Part shown: positions 1 through 13,814 of the stretch, piece by piece
How the letters are laid out: every line of letters begins with the position of its first letter
Position numbering within the stretch: the first letter of the stretch is position 1
Source of the DNA: Eledone cirrhosa
Lineage: Eukaryota
Direction of reading: 5' to 3'
DNA: 64,000 nt
Assembly: GCA_964016885.1 (NCBI GenBank)
Contig: OZ024743.1
Span: 282,658,001-282,722,000 of the forward strand
Program-made: the position numbers and the translations under genes
Notes under the pieces: generated by a model
Told to the model about the DNA's origin: nothing
Databases searched by the model: none
What the model saw: the letters and a program-made list of their open reading frames with translations, nothing else

Positions 1-218
1 TTTGACTCTAGGCCGTGCTTCCATGTTTGGAATTTCTTCTCTAGCTCGGCCATTGATTCCGCTATGAGTGTCAGGTCGTCTGCGTATAGGAGTTCCCATG
101 GGCAGCCTGTCTTGAACTCCTCCGTTATAGCCTGAAGGGCAATAATAAATAGTAGGGGGCTGAGAACAGAGCCCTGATGGACGCCAACTTTTACGCTAAA
201 CTCTTCACTATATTCGTT
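1..218 (-). mobile_element. RTE LINE family A, 5'-truncated copy on the minus strand (continues off the window)
   Basis: Near-exact reverse complement of about 32765-32983 (RT region including YADD). The truncated 5' end abuts (TA)n. Confidence 0.9.
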
Positions 219-578
219 ATATATATTATATACATTATATATATATATTGTATATATATATATATTGTATATATATATATATTGTATATATATATATATA
301 TTATATATATATTATATATATTGTATATATATTGTATATATATTATATATATATTATATATATATTATATATATATATTATATATATATTATATATATAT
401 ATTATATATATATATTATATATATATTATATATATATTATATATATATATTATATATATATTATATATATATATTATATATATATTATATATATATATTA
501 TATATATATATTATATATATATTATATATATATATTATATATATATATTATATATATATTATATATATATATATAATA
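219..578. repeat. Compound (TA)n microsatellite with periodic TT interruptions
   Basis: Directly visible ATATATATT-type repeats. Confidence 0.95.
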
Positions 579-3500
579 AGATAAGATAATAGACGTAAAT
601 AGAGTGAACGACAGAATAATTAAAATAAGACTTGTCCTCAATAAAACTACGGTGACAGTAATATCTGCGTACGCACCCCAATCCGGACTGCCCGGCGCTA
701 TAAAAGACAGATTCTATGAGACACTGATGCTCGCTACCTCCCAAATAACCGACAGTGACTATATAATTATTGCAGGCGACCTAAATGGTCACGTTGGACA
801 ACATTGTGACGGCTATGACGGAATCCATGGAGGCTATGGGTTCGGTACTAGAAATGAGGAAGGCTCCAGAATCCTGGAATTCTGTGACGCAAATAACTTA
901 ACTATCTGTAACACTAACTTCAAAAAACGAGACAATCACTTGATCACCTATAGATCGGGGGAACACACAAGCCAGGTAGATTATATCCTTACCAGAAGAC
1001 GTGACAGAGTGTCTGTTGTTAACACTAAATCCCTCCCCCATGAAGAATTCACCTCCCAACATAGACTGATAATTAGCGACCTCATAGTCAGGACGAGACA
1101 TACTAGACAGCGGAAGAGGACTATCCTCAGGAGAAAAATATGGAAGCTAAAGGACCCCATAGCCAGAAATAAATTTCAAAGCATATTACTTGATGCTTTC
1201 GACAGTAAGGAAGAGCAATTAGAGTCGTATAATATAGAGGAACAGTGGGAATTCCTGAAAGCAAACCTGCTGACGGCGGCAGACAAAGTCTGTGGCTGGA
1301 GCAGGCCTGTAGGTAGGAGGAGAGTAACATGGTGGTGGAACAGTAAGGTGGAGGAGTTAATTAAGGCCAAAAAGCAGGCTTGGAAAGTATGGCGGGATGG
1401 GGGAAGTAGAGAAGACTATCAAGTGGCCAGGAGGGAAGCTAGGAAACAAGTGTACTTCGCACGAAGGGAAGCAGAGGAAAGAAAGTTCAAGCATGTTCTA
1501 CAACGTGAGGACCAAAAACGTGAGGTGTTCAGGATTGCTAGGCAATGTGTCAAGGAAAACCGTGATATTGTCGGGGAGAAGTGTGTACTTAACGATGATG
1601 GCATACTTGCCATCACCGACGCTGATAAGAAGGTAGCTTGGAAGTGTCACTACGAAAGGCTTCTAAATGAGGAGAATAAATGGGAGAAAGACAGTCTCCC
1701 CCACATCGACCCAATAGAGGGACCAGCAGTGTTAGTCGAGGGTAGTACAATAAGTAAGGCAATCAAAGAGATGAAGACGGGTAAGGCGGCTGGGCGTTCG
1801 GAAATAGTTGCTGAGATGCTGAATGCATCTGGTTCGGTGGGACACACCATGGTCACCCGGATAGTTAACCAAGTCGTACAGAATGGGGTTGTTCCGAAGG
1901 AGTGGTGTAGCAGCATCATCGTTAACTGCTATAAGGGAAAAGGAGAAACTATAGAGGCATTAAATTAATCAACCAGGTCATGAAGGTCACGGAAAAAGTA
2001 ATAGCGCAACTAATCAGAGAGAGAATTGATCTAGATGAAATGCAGTTCGGGTTTGTGTCAGGCAAAAGTACCACAGACGCTCTTTTCATTGTACGACAAC
2101 TACAGGAGAAGTACCTAGCTAAAAGTAAACCCCTATACTTAGCTTTTGTCGACTTGGAGAAAGCTAGGTGTTGACGAATGGCTTGTGAGAGCTATACAAG
2201 CCATGTATAAAGAAACAGTCAGTAAGGTTAGAATTAACAACGAATATAGTGAAGAGTTTAGCGTAAAAGTTGGTGTCCATTAGGGCTCTGTCCTTAGCCC
2301 CCTACTATTTATTATTGCCCTTCAGGCTATAACAGAGGAGTTCAAGACCGGCTGCCCATGGGAACTCCTATACGCAGATCATCTAACGCTCATAGCTGAA
2401 TCAATGACCGAACTAGAGAAGAAATTCCAAACATGGAAGCACGGCCTAGAATCAAAAGGCCTTAAAATTAACCTGGCTAAGACTAAAGTTCTAGTTTGTA
2501 AGAAAGAAAATAAGGCGGCGGTCCCTTCCGGGAAATGGCCATGCTCAGTGTGTAGGAAAGGCGTAGGTAGAAACTCCATTTTATGTCCCCAATGCAAAGT
2601 ATGGGTGCATAAAAGATGTAGTGGGATCACAGGTAAGCTAACTAAGAACATAGATTTTACATGTGGCCGGTGCTCTGGTGCAATAAGTAGCAGCAAGTGC
2701 CCACTAAATACTAGCTCTTTCAATTGCGCAGAGGGTTCTATAGAAATAGTGGACAGCTTCCGTTACCTGGGTGACAAAATCAGCAGTGGGGGAGGGTGCT
2801 CTGAAAGTACAGTAGCTAGAGTCAGAACTGGATGGAAAAAGTTCAGAGAGCTTATACCACTATTAGCCGCTAGAGGGTTCTCCCTAAAAATGAAAGGCAG
2901 GTTATACGATGCCTGCATACGAACAGCAATGCTGCATGGCAGTGAGACCTGGGCATTGTGTGCAGAGGATATACGCAGACTAGAGAGGAACGAAGCTTGC
3001 ATGCTCCGCTGGATGTGCAATAGTAATATACGTGAACGGCTAAGCATAAACGAACTAAGGAAAAAATTAGAAATAAGAGGGATCAGATGTTGTTTACTCG
3101 AGAGAAGGCTACGTTGGTACGGTCACGTGATGCGCATGAAAGACGACAGCTGTATAACAAAGTGCAGGGCAATAAAGATAGACGGTAGCCACGGAGTAGG
3201 CAGACCCAGAAAAACCTGGGACGAGCTGATAAATTCCGACCTCACACGCTTACACCTCTCCAAGACAATGTCACTGGACCGAGACCTTTGGCGGTACTCA
3301 GTAATAGAGAAGACCCGCCTTACCTAAATACAAAGTAAAAACCTACTACAGTCAGTAGGCATCACCCCCCGTCCCACCACCTCCACCCCATCCACACCGC
3401 CCCTTTCAATGTAAAGTTATGTTGGTCCCACAACATCCAGGCCAAAACAAATGAGATCGTGTAGGGGTCACGACAAAAAAAAAAAACACACAGTCCACGC

Positions 3501-3710
3501 TGTAATGTGGCCATGTAGGCAACACGGTAAAAACCTGCCAGCCCCACACTGTAAATGTGGTTGGTGTTAGGAAGGGCATCCAGCTGTAGAAAACCCGCCA
3601 GACAGTCCTATGCGAGCAAGACAACCACTCTTGCCTCAAGTGGGAAAACCCCCGTCCAAACCCATGCAAGCGTGGAACACGGACGCTAAACCTGATGATG
3701 ATGATGATGA
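579..3710 (+). mobile_element. RTE LINE family A, 5'-truncated and inactivated (APE endonuclease + RT pseudogene)
   Basis: ORF pieces 604-1968, 1980-2174 and 2404-3327 are highly similar to the 30.7-kb copy. Lesions: deletions near 1947 and 2164, a TAG stop at 2281, and YADD changed to YADH. 3' UTR ends in (GAT)n at about 3693-3710. Confidence 0.95.
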
Positions 3711-3854
3711 TAATATATATATATATATATTATATATATAAATAATATATATAATATATAATATATATAAATAATATATATAATATATATATAATATATA
3801 TATAATATATATATATAATATATACATATAATATATATATAATATATACATATA

Positions 3855-4203
3855 GTGGTAGAGCACTCAGTCCATGGGACGAGTTAGGTAGAAGTGGTTA
3901 CACAACAGTCAGTTCACCATACCGAGAACAATTGTTTCACCTTAGCGGATCCTCAGCTCGTAATGGGCATGGTTATAGGAACAGGAAGGACAACCGTACG
4001 AAGGCACATGCGCAGAAACCCGGTCACCTCACACAGGCAATACTAGAATGCGTGCGAGGTGTAAGGGAGATAATTACGAAAGTCCGAACATTTTTAGTTG
4101 AAAATAAAATTACAAGGAATCAATCCGGAGCTTTGTAGTTATGCAATAGGTGTTTGGCGACGTGTGGACAACGTGTGAAAAATTCATTTCTTGTGTTTAG
4201 GAA

Positions 4204-4209
<6 letters not shown>
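3855..4209 (-). mobile_element. Penelope-like element 3' fragment (GIY-YIG C-terminus + pLTR) between (TA)n tracts
   Basis: Minus strand 4209-4120 encodes SDFLNTRNEFFTRCPHVAKHLLHNYKAPD*, resembling the LNxRxE..xxCxH C-terminus of Nematis-type PLE endonucleases. A hammerhead motif follows downstream. Confidence 0.7.
3923..3960 (-). ncRNA. Minimal type-I hammerhead ribozyme motif
   Basis: Minus strand: cgag-CTGAGGA-tccgctaaggt-GAAAC-aatt-GTT-ctcg. Stem I is cgag/ctcg, stem III is palindromic acaattgt, and the conserved core boxes are present. Confidence 0.7.
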
Positions 4210-4263
<54 letters not shown>

Positions 4264-4973
4264 CTATATATATATATAATAGAATCTAAATAATCTGAAG
4301 AATGTATATGTTGCTATTTCTTGACAAAACAAAAAATTGTGTTTACATTCTACACCTCTCAGTTACAGTACTAGCATTTTGCATAAAGAAATACACAATT
4401 CAATTTAACTTGCACATTTATAAAATGTATGACCTATAGCACATTGAACTTGTTTGAATTTACATTCAAACCAGTGTCTGATTTAAGTATATAAACATTT
4501 TATGTTGCCAGCCATAACTCAGATAATATTTAACAATAACTGGCTTGGTATAGATGTCAAAAATGCCAGAGTTATGATATGGACATTACAAACATTTACT
4601 ATTATATAAAGAAAGAATGAAAACATCACTACTACCTCCCAAAAAGCTATGCATTATAATCTACTTAAATATAAAACAGATATTTAGAGACGATGGCCAA
4701 TATAATTTCATTGATGACAATGATTAGACTGCTAGTGTTATATTGTGTTAGAGATATATTGATTACAAGCACATTGGTTAATGCCAATTGCAACTAGCTG
4801 ACAAAACATTGTGGCAGGGATGGTACAGAAGTTTTTGTTATTTTTATTAATGCCAAAAAATCAATAAAAGATGATTGGAGGAGGGGATAGGATGGAAAGT
4901 ATTACTTAGAGAATAATACTACTACTGCCAATAATAACAACATATACATATATGTATCCATTCATCCCAGCAG

Positions 4974-5013
<40 letters not shown>

Positions 5014-5669
5014 TAATAATAATTGGTGGGATGAATTGATACATTACATATTTGTTTATTGAAGTAGATAGATAATTTTCAATGAGAGCAGCATTTTAGC
5101 AAACTTAACCATTCACAAATCAATAAGAAACACTTTGATCTAGACAAATACATCAATCTTCTGGGAAAGGATAGTGTTTCAATTAAGAAGATCTACTCCT
5201 GACTAATATTACTATTATTTCTGTATAGTTAAGAGAATTTAGAGACATCACATAGAATGTTCATAGATGACTTTTATAAAAGATATGGATCATTGAGAGA
5301 GAGAGAGAGTGTGTGTGTGTATGTGTATGTGTGTGTGTATATATATATATAATAGTTTGCCTAATAATACTAACAGCATAACTAAAGACTACCACTAAAT
5401 AAATTTCAGTAAAGAAGGACGATATTGGAGAAAAATTGAGATCTGTCTTGAAGTGTAAACGAACCAACTTCTGGTATCAGAAAATCTACAGAAATATTCT
5501 TTTTACTGGCTTCACGCTTTGGACTATGGTTATGCTGGGACACAGCTTCCATGTATGATAAGGCTGGACTTTTGAAATACTAATAGGGTCAATTTAATGG
5601 GTTTCTAAATAGTTTCTGTCTACCCAGTTTCACTCATATGGCTTGGGCCAACCTGAGACAATGGCCAAG

Positions 5670-6009
5670 ATGCCAAAAGTGGGATCAAACACAGAACTTA
5701 GTGATTGTGGCGCAAACTTCTGAACCAATTCAACCATGTGTCTACACACACTATATATATATCATCATCATCATCGTTTTACGTCCGTTCTTCCACACTA
5801 GCATGGGTTAGACCTATATATATATATATATATATATATACGTCTAACCCATGCTAGTGTGGAAGAATGGACGTAAAACGACGATGATGATGATGATGAT
5901 GATGATATATATATATATATATAGTGTGTGTGTGTAGACACATGGTTGAATTGGTTAAGAAGTTTGCTCCACAATCACTAAGTTCTGTGTTTGATCCCAC
6001 TTTTGGCAT
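5670..6009. repeat. Fold-back inverted duplication centred on (TA)n
   Basis: 5670-5813 is the reverse complement of 5842-6009 apart from about 3 substitutions and microsatellite length differences. Each arm holds a SINE head piece and a ~50-bp RTE-type (GAT)n tail. Confidence 0.9.
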
Positions 6010-6408
6010 AACTTAGTGAGCTAAAGTAATTGCTTTTATAATCCACAAAACTAATCAAAATTCAAAACACTAACTCTTTGAAGTAACACTTGTATGTTTT
6101 TAAGACTTTTGAACTTTAGTGAAATCACAAATAATCACCCAAATTCATAAAACAAATTTTTACTCATTCCAACCACGCAGCAATGGAGTGAAGCACCACC
6201 ATAAAAAGAATGGAACTCAAACCATGTATCTATTGCTTGCCAGGTAACTGAGTTACTGATTGTTATTAGGTAGCAAAATAACAGGAACTCTTGAAAAATA
6301 GTTCAAAATTGGTAACTGCCAACATTTCACCTAGCTTCATGTCACATGTTTGCTGAACAAAAGCAAATCATACCAACAAGAAAGACCCTTACAAAAAACA
6401 TTGTTTAA

Positions 6409-6613
6409 CCCTTTCGCATTTAAACCAGCTGTATCCAGCTAGAATTCTCTCACCTCTTACTGTTTAAACCAGCCATAACCAGCCACTCATACTTATGTTA
6501 AGGTATTTTTCTCTAAATAAATAATATCAAAATCTCCTAGATTTATTATGTGAGGTAAAGCCTTTACCATGAAAATACAATAGTAAATATAGAGTAATGT
6601 AAATGCTAAAGAG
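6409..6613 (+). mobile_element. piggyBac-like MITE (TTAA-CCCTTT...AAAGRG-TTAA); related copies at 7687-7907, 12137-12334 (-) and about 57147-57361 (-)
   Basis: TTAA flanks, short CCCTTT/AAAGGG termini, and a ~200-bp body shared by four copies. Confidence 0.7.
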
Positions 6614-7080
6614 TTAATCTGCTAATACAGAGGCCAACTCTTAATTACAGTATTTATTATAAATGGGGGGGGGGGGGGCCTATTATATTGCCTCCAGTGC
6701 TTGAATAGTATTTCATTTCATTGGCCTTGCAAGGGTGAAAGGCAAAGTTAATCTTGGCAAGATTTGAACTCAACACAAAGACTATGAACAAATACATTAA
6801 AGCATTTTTCCAACACTAACAGTTCTGCTGACAAACCATCAGTGAACTAAATAGTAAAATTTAAGTAAACCAAACTAAATAACATACTAAAAAAAATATA
6901 ATAAAGTAGGCCAGTAGTTCAGTGGCCTATCAACTAGCTGAATAGTAATATTGATAAACTATTTTGATAGCTTACAATTCTGAGTTAGAATCCAACCTAA
7001 TATTGACTTTAGCTAAAGTCGAAACAAACATAAATTACAAAAATACATGATCAAACACTATCAGGTGTTATGAGTTCTAA

Positions 7081-7312
7081 CCCTTTTATTACCATATTTC
7101 TAATGAGAGATACCTTTGAAAATAATCAAGAATTTGGATAGAGGTAGTAATATGACTAACTTTCTCATTATTAAGTTAGTGTTTCAAGCATAAGATTCTT
7201 ACATAAAATTATGATAGACAGATTTTAAGATAATTATTAATCCTTTAAATTAAACAATGTAGTTATCATAGAACCAGGATAATTTTAGACAGTTTGGTAT
7301 CAAAAGAGTTAA
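7081..7312. mobile_element. Second piggyBac-like MITE family; degenerate relatives near 15838-16185, 24195-24420, 56600-56920 and 58990-59093
   Basis: Ends ggtatcaaaagagTTAA / TTAAcccttttgata, with a shared internal 'catagaaccagg' motif. Confidence 0.5.
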
Positions 7313-9564
7313 GGCAGAAACCAAAGTGTTCACTGAGTTATTATATCAAATTTAAATTATCCAACATTAATAATTAGGGAGGAATGAAATTACACTCCAC
7401 TTTTCCAGCAATTATTTGAAGGCCAAATTATTCTTCAAACAAAATAATTTCTTACAATTTTACACTGTCTTAGATTTTAAGATGCAACATAGTCAAATGA
7501 TTATGAAGTTTGCTTTATAATCATGATGTTCCAAACTCAGCCCCACTGTGTGGCATGATGGGCAAATGTTTTTTTTATCTTAGTTCAGGTCAGATAGGTA
7601 GAAACTATTTGAAAGTATATCATAATTTAATAGGCCAGCCTTGTCACAGACAATGTTCTGCTGAATCTTGCTCAGAATTACATTAACCCTTTAGCATTTA
7701 AACCGACCGTATCCGGCCAGAATTCTCTCCTCTCTTTCTGTTTCGACCAGCCATAACTGACTGCTCGTACTTATGTTAAGGTACTGTTCTCAAAATAAAT
7801 AATATCAAAATCTAAAAGATTCGATATTATATGAGATAATTATGTGAGATAAAGTGTTTAGCGTGAAAATACAATAGTAAATATAGAATAATGTAAATAC
7901 TAAAGGGCTCAGGATACACATGTTTGTGGGATACTCAGCTACAATAATTTAATGAGTAGGCCATCCCATTGACTGGACAATGGAAGCACTTATCAAACCT
8001 GACATAGGTGCTTTTATTTTTGAATTTCAAGAGTTACTTGATAACAATTAACTTTTGTCAGACACATTCAGATCACACACTTCTTACACACACACACACA
8101 CACGTATGCACATATGCAAACTTTTCCAATGCATTCTTTAGATTAACAAAATGACAAATATACAGTTATTAGTTGAATACTTTAATTGAACCTAGACTAA
8201 GAATATAGCAGATGTAATCTAACATCAGTGTTTATTATATAAATGAATTTAAGAAGAAAAAAAATGGATACTGATATTTTTTAGTGACATTTAACAAAAT
8301 CTGTAACTTCCTAAATAATGCTACAACTACTTTTAGATAGAGTTGGTAGCACTGAAATACTTTGAATTAATAATTTATTAAAAATAAAATATTTTTAATT
8401 AAAAGATATCATCATATTTTTCTCACAACAAGACAAATTACAAAATTTGATATATTACTTATTTCTTTCTAGAAGACTGAGTTTCCTGAGGTCAGAGCTT
8501 AACACCTCAGTTATCATTACTTCCATTAATTAATTAATTAATTAAATGATTCAGATGAAATAACATCTTGTTAAAATAACATCAAGTAAAAATAACTAAG
8601 TATGTTGTCTAGTGGCTATGGTGTTAGCCTCACAATTGTAAGATTGCGGACTTAATACATAGACCAGGCGATGTTGCATCCTTGAACAAAGACTTCCAGT
8701 CCATTCAGCTGGAAAAATAAGTACCAGCAGTAGCTGAGGGTTAAACTTGTGATGGAGTGTTTGGAACCTCATTGTAATTCAAACAGCCTTGTACTCTTAA
8801 TAGCTTGACACCACACAAAACCAAGATAAGCTCTGATCTGATCAGCTTCTAGGCCTGAGAAAGACTAACTTTTTAACTAGACACAAAATAACAATGACAA
8901 GATCACCCAGCTTTATTTCTTCTAAATAAGAAACTGTAAAATGTGAACATGACCCAATTAAAAAGTTACATACTAAAAGCTAATATATGTCAGAAAGTAA
9001 AGAAAACATTGTTTTACAAGTTTTGAGATAGCATATATGCACCGAAGCTGCTTAATTAGCAGGAAGAATTGAAACAATACCGGTTATCTAGTTGGAATAG
9101 TTTTACACAAGTCATATGTAAATGAAACCAGCTACAAAATCCTGCAGAACAAAGTTACTAATGAGCTCACAATGACATCTAAATAAGGTCAACAAAAAAT
9201 CTGGCAGCTATTTCCTTTTGGCATAATGTGAAAAATTCTGTTATTGTCTCTTCAGCTGCCCACCCATCTTTTCTACTGAACATAAGCAAATATGTGCATG
9301 CATATGAGAAAAAGAAGAAAGAATAAAGAATATGATCTTTGTTACTCTATGCAAAGGAAAGGGCCCTAAACCTTGTTGATGACTGAGTTCTGAGCACAAA
9401 AGGCCAAGTGTTTTAGATTGGATTTCTCAAACACACACACACACACACACACACACAATATATTTAAAGATATTCTTCAATACAAATCAAAGATCAGATT
9501 TAACGGAGTACTCAGTACACAATCTGTGTAGTGTAGTGTAGTGTGTGTGTACATATATATATAT

Positions 9565-9608
<44 letters not shown>

Positions 9609-9644
9609 CTGTTATATATATATATAATATATATATATATATAA

Positions 9645-9790
9645 CAGTCATAGCAATGAATGAAACAAAAATTACTCAGAATCATAAAGTAAGGTTTTTA
9701 TTTAATTTGGTCAACTGAAACCAACACTGGTAACTATTATTAGTTTTCCTATATGGAAGTCATACCATTCATCAGTCAGGTCACCATGTT
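9645..9790 (-). mobile_element. Degenerate PLE-like terminus with a hammerhead-like core, ending in (TA)n
   Basis: Minus strand CTGATGA-atggtatgacttccatatag-GAAA at 9775-9745, followed by AATAAA and a (TA)n tract. Confidence 0.4.
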
Positions 9791-11462
9791 AGAATATAAG
9801 TTTCAAAATAAGCAGTAGTGATAACAGCACAAGTATCATTTTGATCTCGTATCAGAGGCACTACAGCAATAACTTTTTGTATTTAAAGCAAGGGGATTTA
9901 AAGAAGGGGAATTTGTGAGTTAAATTTGGGAAAGGAGGGAACTAACATGTAACCTCAAAACAGGAACATACTGAACTACAAAACTACAATGACCCTTTCA
10001 TTATAAATACAGCTGCCATTTAATATGTTAAGTTCAATCTGATAAGCAGGCCTGTGCATGGACTAGATATTTTTGAGTTAATTTTCTATTTGTGTTTTGA
10101 AATTGCTGGCTCTCTCTCTCTCAATTGTGCTTTTAATACAGAAAGTTCTCACTTTAATACCTAGGATAATGCTAAATAAAAACAGAATTTGTGCTGATAT
10201 CTGTTAACATAATTCGTTTTGAAGTTTATCCCAGCATGTCAATCTGATAATTGGCATGGATCCTACATAAGGGAACCATTAATAGTTATAAAATTAAAGA
10301 CCATATTAAATAAAAAATAAAAATTAGCATGCAATCAGAAATATTACAACTTCGACTTTTGTTAAAATCTCACAGCTTTAACAAAGCTCAAGTTTCATTT
10401 ATCTCTCACCTAGACATTAAATAGACTTTCAGTTATGACTGTGGGGTGGGTGTGACAATGTTGTAATGAAAATCACAACATATGAACTTGAGAGATGTAA
10501 TATCTTTTTTTTTTAAATGAAATCAATTATGTTTACATAAATTTATTATTATTTTGAATTTTTTTTTTTTACTGGATTCAGTCAGACTGTGGCTATGCTG
10601 GGGCACTGCCTTATATGAAATTATACATCATTAATATTAATGAATAATCAATCAATATGCCATAAACATCTTCTAGGAGTGTAATAAAGTGTCAATTATA
10701 TGACTTTCTTATTTATTGGCTACCTACAAATGGATGATTGGTTCTAACAATTCAGTAAAATAACAATTGGAATATTCATATCTATTCCCAGAGCAGTAAG
10801 CAACGAAAATGGACAAATGTTACAATCAAACCAGTTTCGGGATGTTGGTTTATCCAGAGCTGTTATGTTTGCTACAATTATTACAAAAAGAAGCAGGGGG
10901 GGGGGGGTCATTGCCATCCATTTGCAGTTAGATAAAAAGAAAAATGGAATATTTTGAAGGGAGTTAACTCTTAAGATATTGTAATGATTAAAAAAGAAAA
11001 AAAAAATTTATTCAAATGTTCATAGTACTTTTACTAATGTACAGATTGTTGAGAGAATTTGCAGTATCAGAATTAAAGACTTCCATTTTTAAAGTAATGC
11101 ATACTTTTCCAGAATATTTTGCTAATGCGATTTCATGTCGTATAGGATGTTAAGTATTAATAGGAAAATGAGAACATCAAATGTTAAACATTTCATGAGA
11201 AAGAGCACCTTTTTTATAATCTGTTATATTTTTTAAATAACTCTAAAATAATTTTTAAAAAAACACTTTACAAAAAAAATGCTAGTTCTAAGATAATGAC
11301 AAAAATACAAAGATAAAATAACAGGTTATAATTTTAATTGAAAGTCAGTAAAAATCAGGCAATTTATAGATTCATATGAACTTTTAGTAAGAACTTAAAT
11401 TACTATGGTATTGAATCTGTAAACCAGGTGCATATATGTGTGTATTATATATATATATATAT

Positions 11463-11815
11463 ATTATAAAGAAAACGAAAAATCAGTGATACATCTGGAC
11501 TTAGTTTATTTCGTGTTACAAATGTTTCACCGGCATGTAGCTCGAGTCATGGTCCTTGTATTGATCTGGCTGATTCTACTTCTGCGGGTTCTTTCAGACA
11601 CAGGTGTTATGTCCCGCTGAAGTAGAATCAGCCAGATCCATACAAGGACCATGACTCGAGCTACATGCCGGCGAAACATTTGTAACACAAAATAAACTAA
11701 GTCCAGATGCATCACTGATTTTCCGTTTTCTTTATAATATATACACTCTACTCTGATGAATATCGAATGCTAATTTTGGCATACCGCCTACGGAAGCACC
11801 ATAGCTACCACTATA
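11463..11815. mobile_element. Head-to-head PLE-like terminal hairpin in (TA)n
   Basis: Arms at about 11463-11588 and 11613-11738 (few mismatches) with a 24-nt loop. The right arm has CTGAAG...GAAAC-attt-GTA, AATAAA and a ~70-bp unpaired 3' extension before the next (TA)n. Confidence 0.75.
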
Positions 11816-11820
11816 CACAA

Positions 11821-11890
<70 letters not shown>

Positions 11891-13763
11891 TTAAACCCAT
11901 GTTAGTATGGAAAAATGAATGTGAAATGGTGATGATGATATATAAATAAATAATATGTGTATCTATATATAATGTACGAAACAGTGATGATATATAAATA
12001 TATAGATGTGTGTATGTATATATATATATGAAACAGTGATGATATATAAATATATAGATATGTGTGTGCGTGTGTGTGTATATATACACACACATACATA
12101 CAAATGTATATGTATGTTTCCAGTTAACTGTTTTAACCCTTTACCATTCACATTATTTTATATATACTATTATATTTTCATGGTAAAGATAATTATCTCA
12201 CATAATATCGAATCTATGAAATTTTGAAAGTATTTATTTTGAGAACAATACCTTAACATCAGTTTGAGCGACCAGTTACAGCCAGTTTCAACAGAAAGAG
12301 GTAGAGAATTCTGGCCGGTTTGAACATTAAAGGGTTAAATGACATTGCCTTGCACACCCCACCTCATTTCAACAACTTTCCTGTCTGTTGCATCACCAAG
12401 GTCATTTGTTATTCTGTGGACTGCTACTGCCCCGGGTAAGGTAAGATTATGATTGGGGAGGGGGGGGAGACATGGACACTGCAAGCTGTAGTGGAGAGCA
12501 GTGACTCCATTTGAAAATGAGAAGAACCCATCCAACCCATGTGAGTGTGGAAAAAATGATGATGATACACAAACACAATATTATCAAGCGCTTAAAAAAA
12601 ATGGCATTAGAAATTGCAAAAAGCATAAATACTTGGAGGCATAAAATATGTTTAAGAAAGAAATATTTGAAAACAAATTCAATCAAAATTTGTGCAATAT
12701 GTGTGTGTGTGATATATAGTGTGTAAGTGTGTGTAAACACACACACACGTTTGTTTTGTAAGTTTGTGTTCTTAAGTACACTAAACATGCACCAAATAAA
12801 GGACTCAATACTGATTGTAGAGTCAAAATAATATTTATCATTAACAGTGACTGTGTACTTTGATATTTCACTAATATTGGCTTCTCAAAACAGCATTTTC
12901 TATGATGAAATTGTCCTTAAAACTATAGTAGTAATTTAGTAAGAGGTAGCAGGAGGAGGCAAAGGTTGAAAAATTATGGTATGAACCCCTTTTCCTTTAC
13001 TCATGACCAAGTTTACACCAGGAAAGGTTCTCTCCCAGGCATGTTTTGTGGAAGACCAGCAGTTGCCCAAGCATGTTAGTTTCCTCTCTCCATGCTACCA
13101 ATGTTGTCTAAGGGAAATACATAGACCAATACAACTTGGCAACAGTGCCATCGCAACTCATTTTTACCAGCCAAGTGGAGCAATATGAAATAAAGTGTCA
13201 TGCTCAAGGATACAATGCACTCCCCAGTCCTAGAATCAAGCTTATGACCCTACTATTTAACCCCTATGCCACTTGCAGTCCCATAAAATAGGATAGCGTT
13301 AAACAAAAGGTTGGAAAGAAGGGGAGAAATAGTTACATAGCCAGTCTAGTAATAAATATTCTATTAACTGTTAAGGTGAAGGTCATAGATACAAATAACA
13401 ATAGTATAAATTTGGTTTTATATTTATTTTTTAATTCATGAGTATGCTTAGAAATAATTTATAGATAAACTGTGCAAATGACCATTTTAACTGTCAATAC
13501 CATAGAATGTTTATTATCAAGTTGGTTAAGTACATTGTAAATATCTCTCTCCCTCCCCTTATGTTATCTTTACTACTTCAATCCACTACCTCTTTCTTCC
13601 CTCAACTCAATTACAATAATATATAAAGAAAATTCCAACTCCACAGTTTTGAGAAGCCAGTATCTGAAAAATTTCAAAGCAAACAATTACTATCAGCAAT
13701 CATTATCTTCATTTTACACCTGCTTTCCATTCTGGCATCTATTGGTTGAGTCGTCATGAGTTG

Positions 13764-13811
<48 letters not shown>

Positions 13812-13814
<3 letters not shown>

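Noticed and set aside
177-589. Ile/Tyr-rich ORFs (also at 3636-3866, 11767-12227 and 34289-34514)
   Set aside because: Translations of (TA)n/(CA)n microsatellites.
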